Below, in pieces: positions 43,473-54,121 of a stretch of 64,000 nt of DNA; within the stretch, counting starts at the first letter, position 1, and every line of letters begins with the position of its first letter. Both the position numbers and the translations under genes were made by a program. The DNA comes from an uncultured delta proteobacterium (GTDB lineage: Bacteria > Desulfobacterota > Binatia > UBA9968), in NCBI GenBank assembly GCA_963804165.1, contig CAWDPO010000043.1, forward strand, positions 128,001-192,000. The letters run 5' to 3'. Below the pieces are notes generated by a model. It was not told the DNA's origin. It did no database searches and saw nothing but the letters and a program-made list of their open reading frames with translations.

Positions 43473-44526
43473 TTAAAGAATCAGCATCGCATCGCCGTAA
43501 CTGTAAAACCGATATTGCCTTCTCGATCGCTTCTTGATAAGCGCGCCGGACGAGATCCAAGCCGGCAAACGCGGCGACGAAAATCAGCGGCGTAGAACCG
43601 GGCAGATGAAAATTCGTAATCAACGCGTCGAGAACGTGGAAATAATCGCCGGGGCGAAGGTAAAGCCGCGCGATGCCTTCGTCGGCGACGATCTTGCCCT
43701 TTTGCCGCGCGATCCATTCCAGCGTGCGCGTGCTGGTCGAGCCGACGGCGACAACGCGATGGCCCGCCGATCTTGTCGCGATTGATTTTCTGCCGCCGCT
43801 TGCCGCGTTGAGCGCTATATCGCTCGCCTTCCATGCGATGATTTTCGATTTCGGCGTGGCGCACGGGTTGGAAAGTACCCGGCGCCGACGTGAAGGGTCA
43901 ACAGCGCGCTGCTCGATGCCCTCGGCGCTCTCAGCTCGGCAAACAGTTCCGGGGTGAAGTGAAATCCCGCGGTCGGGCGCCGCGATCGCGCCGGGATTGA
44001 GCCGCGTAAACGGTCTGATAGCGGTCGCGATCGAGCGCCTCCGCTTCGCGGTCACGGCGCACGTAGGGTGGCAACGGCGGCTCGCCGAGCGTTTCCAATT
44101 GCCCGTTGAAATCGCCGGCGTGATGAAACTCCAGACCAAAGCGGCCGCGTCCGATATCGCCAATCACTTCGGCAGTCATGTTGTCGCCGAAACGCAACAG
44201 GCTACCGACCCGCGGTTTCTTCGCGGCATCGACCAGCGCGATCCACAAATTTCGGCCTTCTTCAGGAAAGCGTTCGAGCAACAGCACCTCCACTTTGCCG
44301 CCGCTCGCCTTCGCGCCTCGCAACCGAGCCGGAAAAACTTTGGTATCGTTAAGCACCAAGCACATCGCCGGCGTCAAGAAACTCGCCCAAGTGCCGAAAA
44401 CACGCTATGAATGATTTCCCCGGAATGGCGCCGGATCACGAGCAGACGCGAGCCGGCGCGATCTCGGCTAGGAAACGCCGCGATGAACGATTCAGGTAAC
44501 TCGTAATCGAATTCCTTGAGATCCAT
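43473..44526 (-). CDS. queA: S-adenosylmethionine:tRNA ribosyltransferase-isomerase, frameshifted
   Basis: FDYELP; NDTKVFPARL; PLPPY; RYQTVYA; ITNFHLP; FYSYGDAMLIL*. Confidence 0.93.
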
Positions 44527-44540
44527 CTCCCACGATAAAG

Positions 44541-44566
44541 TAAGGGCACGGCATGCCGTGCCCTTA
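44541..44566. repeat. Perfect 26-bp REP-like palindrome just upstream of queA
   Basis: TAAGGGCACGGCATGCCGTGCCCTTA is its own reverse complement. Confidence 0.75.
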
Positions 44567-44614
44567 GCGTTTTCAAAACGGCTGGCAGAATCGAGTAGCG
44601 GCGTTGCTTGATCG

Positions 44615-45379
44615 CTAATCGTAACTTGGATCGTTCTTCTTAAGAACGGCGTCAACAAATCGATCGGCACCGGGAAGATCGTCGTCGAATTTTTTTCCGA
44701 CGCGATTTCGACCAAGACTCTGAAGAAATCGCAGTTGCAACGCCATCGGTTGTTTGCCGATGACTTCGGCCGCATCCGCGAGCTTTTGCGAAGCTTGGAA
44801 TTCGCCCTCGGCATGGATGACTTTGGCGCGCCGTTCGCGCTCCGCCTCAGCCTGTTTCGCCATGGCGCGCTGCATCTCCTGCGGCAGATCGATATGCTTG
44901 AGCTCTACCAGCACAACTTTGATTCCCCACGGATCGGTCTGCTGATCCAAGATTTCCTGAATCCGGCTGTTGATCTTTTCCCGCTCCGACAAGAGCTCGT
45001 CCAATTCGCCCTGGCCGCACACGCTGCGCAGGGTCACTTGCGCCAGCTGCGAAGTCGCGAAGAGATAATTCTCGACTTCGATGACCGCTTGTTGGGATCG
45101 AGAACGCTGAAAGTAAAGCACCGCATTGACCTTCACCGAAACGTTATCGCGCGTGATCACATCCTGCGGCGGGATGTCCATCGTCACCGTGCGCAAATCC
45201 ATTTTGACCATTTTTTCGATGCCCGGAATGACGTAAACCATACCCGGTCCGCGCGCGCCCACCATGCGGCCGAGGCGAAAGACCACGCCCCGCTCATATT
45301 CTTTGAGGATCTTGATGCCGCTGATCATCAGCGCGACCGCAATCACAAGAAATGTAATCGGTGCCCCGAATCCAAACAT
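44615..45379 (-). CDS. SPFH/stomatin (slipin) family protein
   Basis: [12 protein letters not shown]; [17 protein letters not shown]; [22 protein letters not shown]. Confidence 0.93.
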   Translation of the reverse strand: MFGFGAPITFLVIAVALMISGIKILKEYERGVVFRLGRMVGARGPGMVYVIPGIEKMVKMDLRTVTMDIPPQDVITRDNVSVKVNAVLYFQRSRSQQAVIEVENYLFATSQLAQVTLRSVCGQGELDELLSEREKINSRIQEILDQQTDPWGIKVVLVELKHIDLPQEMQRAMAKQAEAERERRAKVIHAEGEFQASQKLADAAEVIGKQPMALQLRFLQSLGRNRVGKKFDDDLPGADRFVDAVLKKNDPSYD

Positions 45380-45391
45380 GGCTGCCTCCTC

Positions 45392-46721
45392 CTAGATCTT
45401 GCCGATTCGCCCTCGGAACCCGCGTGACTTTAAGTCGCATTCCTTCGTAGCCGACGACCTCGACTTTTTCGCCCACGTCAATCAGCGCCGTCAGCCTCGG
45501 CATTCCAATATTCGCCGTGGACAAAAATCTCTGCCCGGTGGGCGCAAGTTTGCTGCGCGACTTCGCCGATCTCGCCGATCAGTCCTTCCATGCCCATCGT
45601 CGGCTTGGCTTTCTGTGATGCGAAATACCAGATAGCTGATCGCCAGCACGAATCGCTCCCACCGTGCGCCACCGCGGTGAAAATAATCGCGCGGTCGACG
45701 CCAAGATCGGCAGCTTTCCGTATCGAAAAGAAAGAGCGAACCGAGAGCAAGGAAATAATACCGCCGACGCCTAAAACCCCAAAGCTCGGAAAGAACGCTT
45801 CGACCGACCAGCAGCGCCAAGCCGAGAAGCACCAAAACGAGCCCGGTATAATTGATCGGCAGCAACTGAAACGAAGCTAACGCCAGCAACAGACAGATCG
45901 CCCCAGCGACGCCGGGAAAAATCACGCCGGGATGCGCAGAACTCCATGTACAAACCGAGCAGTCCCGCCATCATCAGCAGATAAGCGATATTCGGGTCGG
46001 CGATGGTATTGAGCACCTTTTGCTTCAGGCTCATGTCATGGCGCGTCAACTGCGAGCGTTTTTGACCGCCAGCACGTGCCTGGTTTGCCGTCGAGATCTA
46101 CTTTGCGGCCATCGGCCTGCTTGAGCAGATCGTCAATATCCTTTGGCGACGATGTCGATGACGTTTTTCTTGAGCGCTTCCTTCTCGGTGATCGCCACGC
46201 TCTTGCGCACCGCTTGGATCGCCCACTCGGCATTGCGGCCGCGTTTTTGCGCGATGCTCTCGCTGAACGAAGCGGTGAAGTTCTCGATCTTCTCGCCCAT
46301 CACGCCTTTGACTTCCTGGCCGCCACCGGCAACCGGATGGGCCGCGCCGATGTTGGTTCCCGGCGCCATCGCCGCGATGTGAGCCGCCAGCGTGATAAAC
46401 ACTCCCGCCGAGCCCGCGCCGGCGCCGCTTGGTCCGACCCAGACCATCACCGGCACCTCGGCGCCGAGCATTTCTTTGACGATCGTGCGCGTGGAATTGA
46501 GCAGCCCGCCCGGCGTGTCGAGCTGAATGACCAGAGCTCGCGCACCGTTGGACTTCGCGCGGGCGATGCTTTCGCGGATGAAATCATCCACTGCCGGATT
46601 GATGCTGCCGTCGATGGCGATCACGTCGACATGCGGCGCCGAGGCGTCCTTGCGACTGCGCCAAGACCGCAAGGCTCGCGGCCAGCAAAAAAGTAAAGCA
46701 AACGAGTTTAAGCGTTTTCAT
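45392..46721 (-). CDS. NfeD membrane-bound serine protease (ClpP class), frameshifted
   Basis: LDTPGGL; SAGVFI; MAPGTNIGAAHPV; DPNIAYLL; FVHGEYWNA; adjacent to the stomatin gene. Confidence 0.88.
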
Positions 46722-47469
46722 CGCGCATCTCTTTGATGACTTTTTTGATATCTTCCCACACTAATTTTTTATCCGCCGGGTTGCGCAGCAGATAGGCCGG
46801 ATGAAATGTTGGCATGAGCTTGATGCCGTGATAGCTGTGCCAGTTGCCGCGCAGCTTGGTGATTGGCATTTTGCTTTGGAGCAGCGTCTGGACGGCGAAT
46901 TTCCCCAGGCCGACGATAATCTTGGGCCGGATCAAATCGATCTGTTTTTTGAGAAACGGCTCGCACGCCGCTACTTCGTCTGGCTCGGGATTGCGATTTT
47001 CCGGCGGGCGGCATTTAACGACGTTGGCAATATAAACATCTTCGCGCTTGAGTCCCATTCCCTTGGTAATGATGTCGGTCAGCAGCTGACCGGCGCGGCC
47101 AACAAACGGCTCGCCCTGCAGGTCTTCATCGCGCCCCGGCCCTTCGCCCACAAACATCAACGCGGCGTGCGGATTACCCACACCGAACACCAAGTTCGTC
47201 CGGCCCGAGCACAGCTTGCAACGCTGGCAATCACCGATGGCGGCGCGCAGCTCCTCGAGGCTTTGCGTCTGGAGCGCCGCCGATTTTTCGACAAATAAAT
47301 CGTCCACCGTGCCACCCAGCAGATTGTCTTTCCCGGTAAGACCCGGCTTCACTTCGAGCAGGTCTCCCCTCGCCAGCGTCCGAATTCCGACGCGCTGCCG
47401 CCGCTCCAAATGACGACGCAACGATGTCGCTAATGTTGCCAATTCTTCGCTGTCGCTATTTTCGGGCAC
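46708..47469 (-). CDS. Uracil-DNA glycosylase family 4 (Fe-S)
   Basis: CQRCKLC; VGEGPG; PFVGRAG; KCRPPENRNP; TFHPAYLLR. Confidence 0.95.
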   Translation of the reverse strand: MPENSDSEELATLATSLRRHLERRQRVGIRTLARGDLLEVKPGLTGKDNLLGGTVDDLFVEKSAALQTQSLEELRAAIGDCQRCKLCSGRTNLVFGVGNPHAALMFVGEGPGRDEDLQGEPFVGRAGQLLTDIITKGMGLKREDVYIANVVKCRPPENRNPEPDEVAACEPFLKKQIDLIRPKIIVGLGKFAVQTLLQSKMPITKLRGNWHSYHGIKLMPTFHPAYLLRNPADKKLVWEDIKKVIKEMRDENA

Positions 47470-47559
47470 GTCGCGTCAATCCTGTCATCGGCGAATCTTA
47501 TCACCGGAGTATTGCTAGCCGCAATAACGCGAGACGTGGGAGAAGATTCACGGAAAACT

Positions 47560-48093
47560 TCAGAGCCGCCTCAACTGCGCCAGGTGCGCAGCGCGCAATT
47601 GAGCGAAGAATGCGAGCGATTCAGGCCACAGATAGTCCACATAGGTGTACTGCAAGCCATGAAAGGCGCCGTCGTGATAGAGTAATGTCGCCTCGCCGTA
47701 AATTCCCGAATGTAAGTAAATCCGCTGGCCGGCATTCTTGGTTGACGCAAGCACGACCTTGTAAGCGTCGAGGTAGCCGGGGTCCAGATTCACGCGCCTC
47801 CCGCCTGAGACCGGCTCCCGATATTGATTTTCGATTTTCTGCGTTTGCAGCTTGATGTCAGCGAGCCTTTCGGGTGATGCCAATAGAGAAAACGAAAGGA
47901 AGCGGCGCAACAACCCCGAGCCCATTTCCTGTTCGTAGAACTTCGACACAGTCCACGGCATCGCTTCGCTTCGGCCGTCGATCTCGCTCATCATTCGGGT
48001 GAGATCGTTTTCAACTTGAGTGAGAATTTCCCGAGTCGACGAGAGCAGCGCGACGAAATATTTCGCCGCCTTGGGCTCCCTGGGAGTGCCCAT
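47560..48093 (-). CDS. DUF4416 family protein
   Basis: YEQEMG; RRVNLDPGYL; LASTKN; RIYL. Confidence 0.85.
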   Translation of the reverse strand: MGTPREPKAAKYFVALLSSTREILTQVENDLTRMMSEIDGRSEAMPWTVSKFYEQEMGSGLLRRFLSFSLLASPERLADIKLQTQKIENQYREPVSGGRRVNLDPGYLDAYKVVLASTKNAGQRIYLHSGIYGEATLLYHDGAFHGLQYTYVDYLWPESLAFFAQLRAAHLAQLRRL

Positions 48094-49298
48094 CAGCGAC
48101 GGCTTTTCAAAGCGAGATAATGATCGAGGATACGATCGGCGAGATCGTCCTTGCTCATGAGCGGCAGCGAGCGAATCGCACCGGTGCGATCGACGATGGT
48201 CGCGATGTTGGTGTCTCCATCAAAGCCGCTTCCTTCCTCCGCGACGTCGTTGGCGACCACAATGTCGAGATTTTTCTCGCGCAGTTTTTTTTGCGCGTTG
48301 GCCGTTAAATCCTCGGTTTCGGCGGCAAAGCCCACAAGCCACTTGCCATCCTTGCTTTGTCCCAGCTCCTTGAGGATATCGGGGTTCGGTTCGAGGCGCA
48401 GCTCGACCGCGCCATGACCGCGCTTGATTTTTTTCTCGGTGGTCATGACAGGACGATAGTCAGAAACCGCAGCCGCCATGATCACGGCGGTACATTGCGG
48501 ATACTCCCTAAGAACGGCTTCGCGCATTTCGGCCGCCGTAGTCACGGCAACCACACGCGCACCTATAGGTGGCTCCAGTGCCGTCGGACCGCTGACCAGG
48601 GTCACATTTGCACCCCGGCGTATTGCCGCGCGCACCAACGCATAACCCATTTTTCCCGAAGAACGGTTGGAAATATAGCGCACCGGGTCGAGCGGCTCCC
48701 GATTGGGACCCGCGGTAATCAAAAGCTCTTCAGCGCTAAGATCTTTTTTCTTGAGCAACCGCTCGATCTCTTCGGCGATCTTTCCCGCATCAGGCAGGCG
48801 GCCTTTGCCCTCGTAACCGCAGGCCAGAAATCCTTCCGCCGGCTCCATAATGTGATAGCCGATCCGTCGAAGCTTCCGCAGGTTTTCCTGCAGAATCGGA
48901 TTATCGTACATGTGCACGTTCATCGCCGGCGCTATCAGTACCGGCGCCCGAGTCGCCATCAGCACAGTCGTCAATAAATCGTCGGCGATACCGTTAGCCA
49001 TCTTGCCAATCACATTGGCAGTAGCGGGGGCGATGACAAATAGATCCGCGGCATCGGCCAAATTGATATGCCCGATCTCGGATTCTTGGGTGAGACTGAA
49101 CGTTTCTGTGGCAACGGGATTGCCGGATAGTGTTTGAAACGTTAGGGGCGTGACAAATTCCATCGCGCCACGGGTCATAATCACTTGCACTTTGAACCCG
49201 GTTTGGACCAAGATTCTGACGAGTTCGACTGCTTTGTAGCAGGCGATTCCGCCGCTTACGCCTAGAACCAACACACGCTTTTTTTCGCCGCTGCTCAC
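48093..49298 (-). CDS. coaBC: Phosphopantothenoylcysteine decarboxylase/ligase
   Basis: GGIACYK; APATAN; PAMN; LACG; DPVRYISNRSSGKMG; GFAAET. Confidence 0.96.
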   Translation of the reverse strand: MSSGEKKRVLVLGVSGGIACYKAVELVRILVQTGFKVQVIMTRGAMEFVTPLTFQTLSGNPVATETFSLTQESEIGHINLADAADLFVIAPATANVIGKMANGIADDLLTTVLMATRAPVLIAPAMNVHMYDNPILQENLRKLRRIGYHIMEPAEGFLACGYEGKGRLPDAGKIAEEIERLLKKKDLSAEELLITAGPNREPLDPVRYISNRSSGKMGYALVRAAIRRGANVTLVSGPTALEPPIGARVVAVTTAAEMREAVLREYPQCTAVIMAAAVSDYRPVMTTEKKIKRGHGAVELRLEPNPDILKELGQSKDGKWLVGFAAETEDLTANAQKKLREKNLDIVVANDVAEEGSGFDGDTNIATIVDRTGAIRSLPLMSKDDLADRILDHYLALKSRR

Positions 49299-49512
49299 CG
49301 TTCAAAAATAACCGATCTCGGATGGGGGTGCAAACTACCCTGCCGACAAACCCTGCGCGACAGGTAAGCGAGTCGATTTGCCGCGAATTTGTCACGAATG
49401 CGCCATTGTGTCATCGGGACCCTTCTCTTGAAAGTGATATCCTGTTGTCGCCTAACCAAGCAAGTTCCCTGATTTGCTAATCCTTTAGCGTCGACTCACC
49501 CAATCCAATCTG

Positions 49513-49527
49513 TGGCATGCTTTTGGC
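49513..49527 (+). promoter_or_regulatory. Possible sigma-54 promoter upstream of mlaA
   Basis: TGGCATGCTTTTGGC: GG-N10-GC, but TGGC instead of TTGC. Confidence 0.3.
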
Positions 49528-49630
49528 TTCTACCGCAGTAAATTCCCGGTGATCAAATCCAAGCACGCATAGACTTGACCCTGATGGGGAGTTCGTATAA
49601 ATCACAACCAAGAAGGAGAAGGAAACGGTA

Positions 49631-50488
49631 ATGAACAGAGACGATGGAAAGTGGGTTCCGCGGTTCGTAACGGTAAGCGCACTGGTTATCGTGCTCGCCA
49701 CAGGATTAATGGCGACAAGCATGGTCAGTGCCGATGAGACCCCGGATGCCAACAATAGCTCGACTGTTTCCGACCAGCCGGAACAAATACTCGTGCTCAC
49801 TCAAGCGGATAGTCGGCAGGGTGTCGGTGCGACGACCATCAACGCGGCTGGAATGGCAGCCGCTGCTGCTGCCGGAGAAGACTTCGACGAGGATCCTTTT
49901 GAAGGCTTCAACGAAAAAATGTTTTGGTTCAATCGCGAAGTTCTCGATCGCTATCTTTTGAAGCCACTCGCCACGGGATGGGATTTTGTGTTGCCCGATC
50001 CCGTGCAGCGCGGTGTGCACAACTTTTTTGACAATCTCTCAGTAGTTCGACGCGTCGTTAACAACAGTTTGCAGCTGAAACTGACCGGCGCGGCCACCGA
50101 ACTCGCGCGTTTTGGTATCAACAGCACGATCGGGCTGGTGGGCTTCTTCGATGTCGCTAAGGATGCGTTCGGCATCGAGCAGAAAGACGAAGACACGGGA
50201 CAGACTTTTGGCGTCTGGGGGATGGGACCCGGTGCCTATCTGGTTTTGCCTTTTCTCCCGCCGCTAACGATCCGTGACGGCGTTGGTTACGCTTTCGACG
50301 CGGCCATGACTCCGTATACTTACTTCATCCCTTGGTGGGGCACCGTCGCGGGGACAGCGACCAATACCGTCAACGAGAGATCATTGAATCTGGATCGTTT
50401 CGAGCGGGTCGCCGAATCGACCGTCGACCTCTACGGTGCCGTGCGCAACGGCTACCTGCAGCGGCGCGCCGCTGCGATCAAACAGTGA
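49631..50488 (+). CDS. mlaA: VacJ/MlaA family protein
   Basis: DPFEGFNEKMFWFN; RFGINSTIG; EDTGQTFGVWG; YLVLPFL. Confidence 0.9.
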   Translation: MNRDDGKWVPRFVTVSALVIVLATGLMATSMVSADETPDANNSSTVSDQPEQILVLTQADSRQGVGATTINAAGMAAAAAAGEDFDEDPFEGFNEKMFWFNREVLDRYLLKPLATGWDFVLPDPVQRGVHNFFDNLSVVRRVVNNSLQLKLTGAATELARFGINSTIGLVGFFDVAKDAFGIEQKDEDTGQTFGVWGMGPGAYLVLPFLPPLTIRDGVGYAFDAAMTPYTYFIPWWGTVAGTATNTVNERSLNLDRFERVAESTVDLYGAVRNGYLQRRAAAIKQ

Positions 50489-50522
50489 TCAGCAGGTAAA
50501 TTTAACCTTCGCTTTTTCCATG

Positions 50523-50561
50523 CAACGCGGAAGATTGGCCATGTGCCGACCTTCCGCGTTG
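50523..50561. terminator. Hairpin downstream of mlaA (terminator-like)
   Basis: CAACGCGGAAG ... CTTCCGCGTTG 11-bp stem; no strong U-tract on the + strand. Confidence 0.5.
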
Positions 50562-50715
50562 TCACTCACGGCTATCAAAGACTTTTGAATTCCACACACG
50601 TCAATTTAGCATGATTCGCTATTGACAATAGTGAAGTCGTTCATTATGAAATAAACCGTCTACAGACGATCAACACTCGCAACGGAACCCATTGAGGAAG
50701 CATCAAAAGACCAAA

Positions 50716-51075
50716 ATGCCACGGGGAAAGAAGAAAATCGCCGGCCGCGCCGCTAAAGACCGGACTCATGACTATATCGACGACGGCACGCACGATGAGT
50801 CGGAAGACGAAGACCTTCCAAGTGACGAAGCCGGGCGCCGCAAGATAAAAAAGAATTACGAAGAACTTCTCGGAATTCGCATCGAAAAGCTCAGAGGCCG
50901 CGTGCTTAACCGGGAGAAGATCAACAAGAGCATTGACGGTCTGTACTTCATCTGCTTCGAGTGCAAAAAAATCTGCCACAATCTCGACGAAGGTTGGATG
51001 GAAGAAACCGGCACGCTCAATAACTTTTGCGGCAGCTGCGCCAAAGCAAAGGGCATCCGAAGCAGCGCGGCCTAA
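50716..51075 (+). CDS. Small Cys4 zinc-finger protein, weakly DksA/TraR-like
   Basis: Acidic patch DYIDDG..DESEDED; IDGLYFICFECKKI...FCGSC; TTGACA at 50622 upstream. Confidence 0.65.
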   Translation: MPRGKKKIAGRAAKDRTHDYIDDGTHDESEDEDLPSDEAGRRKIKKNYEELLGIRIEKLRGRVLNREKINKSIDGLYFICFECKKICHNLDEGWMEETGTLNNFCGSCAKAKGIRSSAA

Positions 51076-52040
51076 AGCTGAATCCCAACGACCCGCAAGA
51101 CTTCCCGCAATTCATCGGACAATGCCGTCTCGACCGTGACCGTACGGACATCTTCCGGATGGCGAAAAGCCAATCGGTAAGCATGCAAGAAGTGGCGCTG
51201 CAAACCGAGAGTATTCGAATGCTGCGCGCCATAAAGCGCGTCGGCGACGATCGGATGGCCGATGGCAGCCAAATGGACGCGGATCTGGTGCGTCACGCCG
51301 GTAATCATATTGATTTCGAGCAAGCTGAGTCGCCGTGAGTGTCCAATTCTCCGATATCCCGTCACTGCCTGCCAACTTCGCTGATTTTTTTCTCTTTCTG
51401 ATTCAGCGATCGCGCACATCCGACGCCGATCGCGCGCGTCGTGCGCCAGCGGCAATTCGATCCTGCCCTCCGGGTCGGTTATGCCCCAAACCAGCGCCCA
51501 ATAAATTTTTGTAACATCTCTGCGGCGAAACTGCCGGCGCAGCATTGCGAAGGCAGTTTGCGTCTTCGCGATGAGGACAAGGCCCGAGGTCTCATTATCG
51601 AGTCGATGCACGATACCCGGCTCCCAGCGATTCTTTCCCACCACGAGTAGCTCGGCATGCCGTGACGCGATGAAGTTTGCCAACGTATCGGTGTCGCGGC
51701 CGGAGAAACCATGGGTCGGCATACCGGCAGGCTTATCGACGACCAAAACCGACGAATCTTCGTAAACCACCGGAACGTCAAGGCCCGAATTAGGCGGCGG
51801 ATTCGTGGCTATTAAAGCTTCAGGTCCGTTGAAAACCAGCTTATCACCGGCGCCCAACCGGTCGCCTTTTTTGCTCACGCCGCCGTTGACTGAAAATAGT
51901 CCCTCGCGGATTGCGCGGCCAATTTCCCGGCGCGAAAGATGCGGCAAGCATCCACGGACGAAGGCGTCAAGACGAATCGGCGCGTGCTCCGCGAGTACTG
52001 TCCAAGACGTTGTAATCATCGCTGTCGCTTGATCCGTCAT
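51072..52040 (-). CDS. RluA/RluD family pseudouridine synthase
   Basis: S4-like RLDAFV; VDKPAG; GIVHRLDNETSG; TGVTHQIRVH; FLHA. Confidence 0.93.
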   Translation of the reverse strand: MTDQATAMITTSWTVLAEHAPIRLDAFVRGCLPHLSRREIGRAIREGLFSVNGGVSKKGDRLGAGDKLVFNGPEALIATNPPPNSGLDVPVVYEDSSVLVVDKPAGMPTHGFSGRDTDTLANFIASRHAELLVVGKNRWEPGIVHRLDNETSGLVLIAKTQTAFAMLRRQFRRRDVTKIYWALVWGITDPEGRIELPLAHDARDRRRMCAIAESEREKNQRSWQAVTGYRRIGHSRRLSLLEINMITGVTHQIRVHLAAIGHPIVADALYGAQHSNTLGLQRHFLHAYRLAFRHPEDVRTVTVETALSDELREVLRVVGIQL

Positions 52041-52088
52041 ACCTACTACCGTACTATACCTCGCGATCTCATCAACAAGGACAAACGC

Positions 52089-53201
52089 ATGACAAACAAT
52101 TCTTTTAGCGTGATTATCGCCGGCGGCAAAGGGACGCGCTTTTGGCCGTTGAGCCGCGCCGGGCGCCCTAAGCAACTGCTTAAAATCCTGAGTCGAAAGA
52201 GCCTGATCGACGAAACTGCCGAGCGTGTCTATGCCCTCGGCGGTCGAAAGCAGACTCTCGTCGTCACCATCGCCGATCAGGTCGCCGCGCTGCGACGGGA
52301 ATTGCGAGATCTGCCGAAAAACAATTTTATTGCTGAGCCCGTGGGCAAAAACACTGCGCCCTGCATCGGCTTAGCGGCTCTGGAAATAATTCGCCGCGAT
52401 CCTGAGGCCGCGATGATTGTTCTACCCGCGGATCATTGGGTCGCCGATGGCGCGGCGTTTCGACGCACGCTCAAAGCAGCGGCGGCGCTGGCGTTTCGAT
52501 ACCAGCAATTGGTAACCATCGGTATTCGTCCGGGCTACCCGGAAACAGGTTACGGCTACATTATGAAGGACAAAGCGGTAGCGGAACAGTCGCGAGCTTC
52601 GGCCTTTTTTGTGAAACGATTTACCGAAAAGCCGACGTTGGCCGCAGCGCGAAGATTAATCCGCCAGCGCGCGTTGTGGAACAGCGGCATCTTTGTCTGG
52701 AAAGCTTCTACGATCTTGCAACTGCTAGCCCGCTATCAGCCAGCAATTTACCGCGGCCTTAAGGCAATTGAGCGCGCCGCGGAGGGAAACTCGCTGGCGA
52801 ATCCAAATTCAAAATTACGTGCGGTCATCGTGCAGGAATATAAAAAGATGCCGAACCTGTCGATCGACTATGCCGTCCTGGAGAAGGCCGGTTCCGAAGG
52901 CAAAGTCTTGACTCTCGAAGCGGATTTCGGCTGGAGCGACGTCGGCAGTTGGGCGGCGGTACATCGCATGAGACCAAAGGACGCGGACGGCAATGCCAGC
53001 CAAGGTCGATGGCTTGGGCTCGGCGCGAAGAACTGTCTGATTCACGCGCCGGATCGCTTGGTCGTCCTGTTGGGCGTCGAGAATGCCGTCGTCGTCGATA
53101 CGCCTGACGTTTTGCTGGTCGGCGATCTAAATCGCTCGCAGGAAGTGCGCGAGTTGGTCGACGCATTGAATCGCCAAGGCCTCAGTTCGTACACGACCTA
53201 G
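52089..53201 (+). CDS. manC: Mannose-1-phosphate guanylyltransferase
   Basis: IAGGKGTRFWPLSR...PKQLL; NTAPCI; ETGYGYI; WNSGIF; SIDYAVLE; WSDVGSW. Confidence 0.92.
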   Translation: MTNNSFSVIIAGGKGTRFWPLSRAGRPKQLLKILSRKSLIDETAERVYALGGRKQTLVVTIADQVAALRRELRDLPKNNFIAEPVGKNTAPCIGLAALEIIRRDPEAAMIVLPADHWVADGAAFRRTLKAAAALAFRYQQLVTIGIRPGYPETGYGYIMKDKAVAEQSRASAFFVKRFTEKPTLAAARRLIRQRALWNSGIFVWKASTILQLLARYQPAIYRGLKAIERAAEGNSLANPNSKLRAVIVQEYKKMPNLSIDYAVLEKAGSEGKVLTLEADFGWSDVGSWAAVHRMRPKDADGNASQGRWLGLGAKNCLIHAPDRLVVLLGVENAVVVDTPDVLLVGDLNRSQEVRELVDALNRQGLSSYTT

Positions 53202-53233
53202 CCGTTGCGGTCGACATCTGCTCGTCAATCACG

Positions 53234-54055
53234 GTGAATAAACAATACCCCAAGGGACCTTTTCAATCCGACGAGGCCGTTGTTTTGCTCGATCGCAAGG
53301 ACCGTGAGTATCTCGCGCGCCTGGACCAGCGCCGCGCCATCGCCATCCGCGGCGGTAAGATCGCCGTTGACAACATCATCGGCCGCGATGAAGGGAGCGT
53401 CGTCCGCTCATCGATGAATGAGCCGTTCCTAGTTTTCCGCCCGAGTTTGCCGCAGCTGATTCCCAACCTGCCGCGCAGTGCACAAGTGATTTATCCTAAA
53501 GACATCGGGCCTATTTTGCTTTGGGCAGATCTCTTTCCGGGTGCGCGCGTGATTGAAGCCGGCGTCGGCGCCGGCGCGCTAAGCATGGCCCTCTTGCGCG
53601 CGATCGGCGAGAGCGGTGAGTTGATTTCCTACGAAATTCGCGAGGACTTTGCCGAGCTGGCACAAAAAAATGTGGCGCGTTACTTCGGTCCGGCACCTAA
53701 CTGGACAGTAAAGCTCGGCGACGTCGCTACCGAACTCGCTGAAAAAGACGTTGACAGAATAATTCTCGATTTGCCCGAACCCTGGCCCGTGATCGAGCCG
53801 GCATGGACTGCTCTGAGACCGGGCGGCTTCCTACTTTGCTATCTGCCGACGGTCTTGCAAGTGAAGAGTCTGGTTGACGCGCTGCGCGCAGATAAGCGCT
53901 TCGCATGCATCGAAACGTCGGAAACCCTGATGCGCTATTGGCACTTCAAAGGCATGAGCGCCCGCCCGCAGCATCGCATGGTCGCCCACACCGGCTTTCT
54001 CACTTCAGCACGCCGCCTGGCGGACGGCGAAAAAGACATTCCCCGAGCGCCCTGA
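53234..54055 (+). CDS. trmI: tRNA (adenine-58-N1)-methyltransferase (GCD14/TrmI)
   Basis: AQVIYPKD; IEAGVGAGALS; YEIREDF; LDLPEPW; MVAHTGFL. Confidence 0.92.
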   Translation: MNKQYPKGPFQSDEAVVLLDRKDREYLARLDQRRAIAIRGGKIAVDNIIGRDEGSVVRSSMNEPFLVFRPSLPQLIPNLPRSAQVIYPKDIGPILLWADLFPGARVIEAGVGAGALSMALLRAIGESGELISYEIREDFAELAQKNVARYFGPAPNWTVKLGDVATELAEKDVDRIILDLPEPWPVIEPAWTALRPGGFLLCYLPTVLQVKSLVDALRADKRFACIETSETLMRYWHFKGMSARPQHRMVAHTGFLTSARRLADGEKDIPRAP

Positions 54056-54063
54056 TCCGTCCA

Positions 54064-54117
54064 CGTTTCGCGTCTCGCGTTCCGGGTTTCCGAATCCGAG
54101 TTAACTCGGAACTCGTA
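54064..54117. repeat. Heptamer repeat plus perfect palindrome between convergent genes
   Basis: CGTTTCG CGTCTCG CGTTCCG GGTTTCC, then TCCGAGTTAACTCGGA (54095-54110). Confidence 0.65.
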
Positions 54118-54121
54118 TTTC

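Noticed and set aside
49299-49630. Structured ncRNA/riboswitch between coaBC and mlaA
   Set aside because: No recognisable aptamer consensus; the length is explained by divergent promoters. An Rfam scan would settle it.
51027-51338. Plus-strand ORF LNPNDPQDF...RMADGSQMDADLV
   Set aside because: Antisense shadow of the RluA gene.
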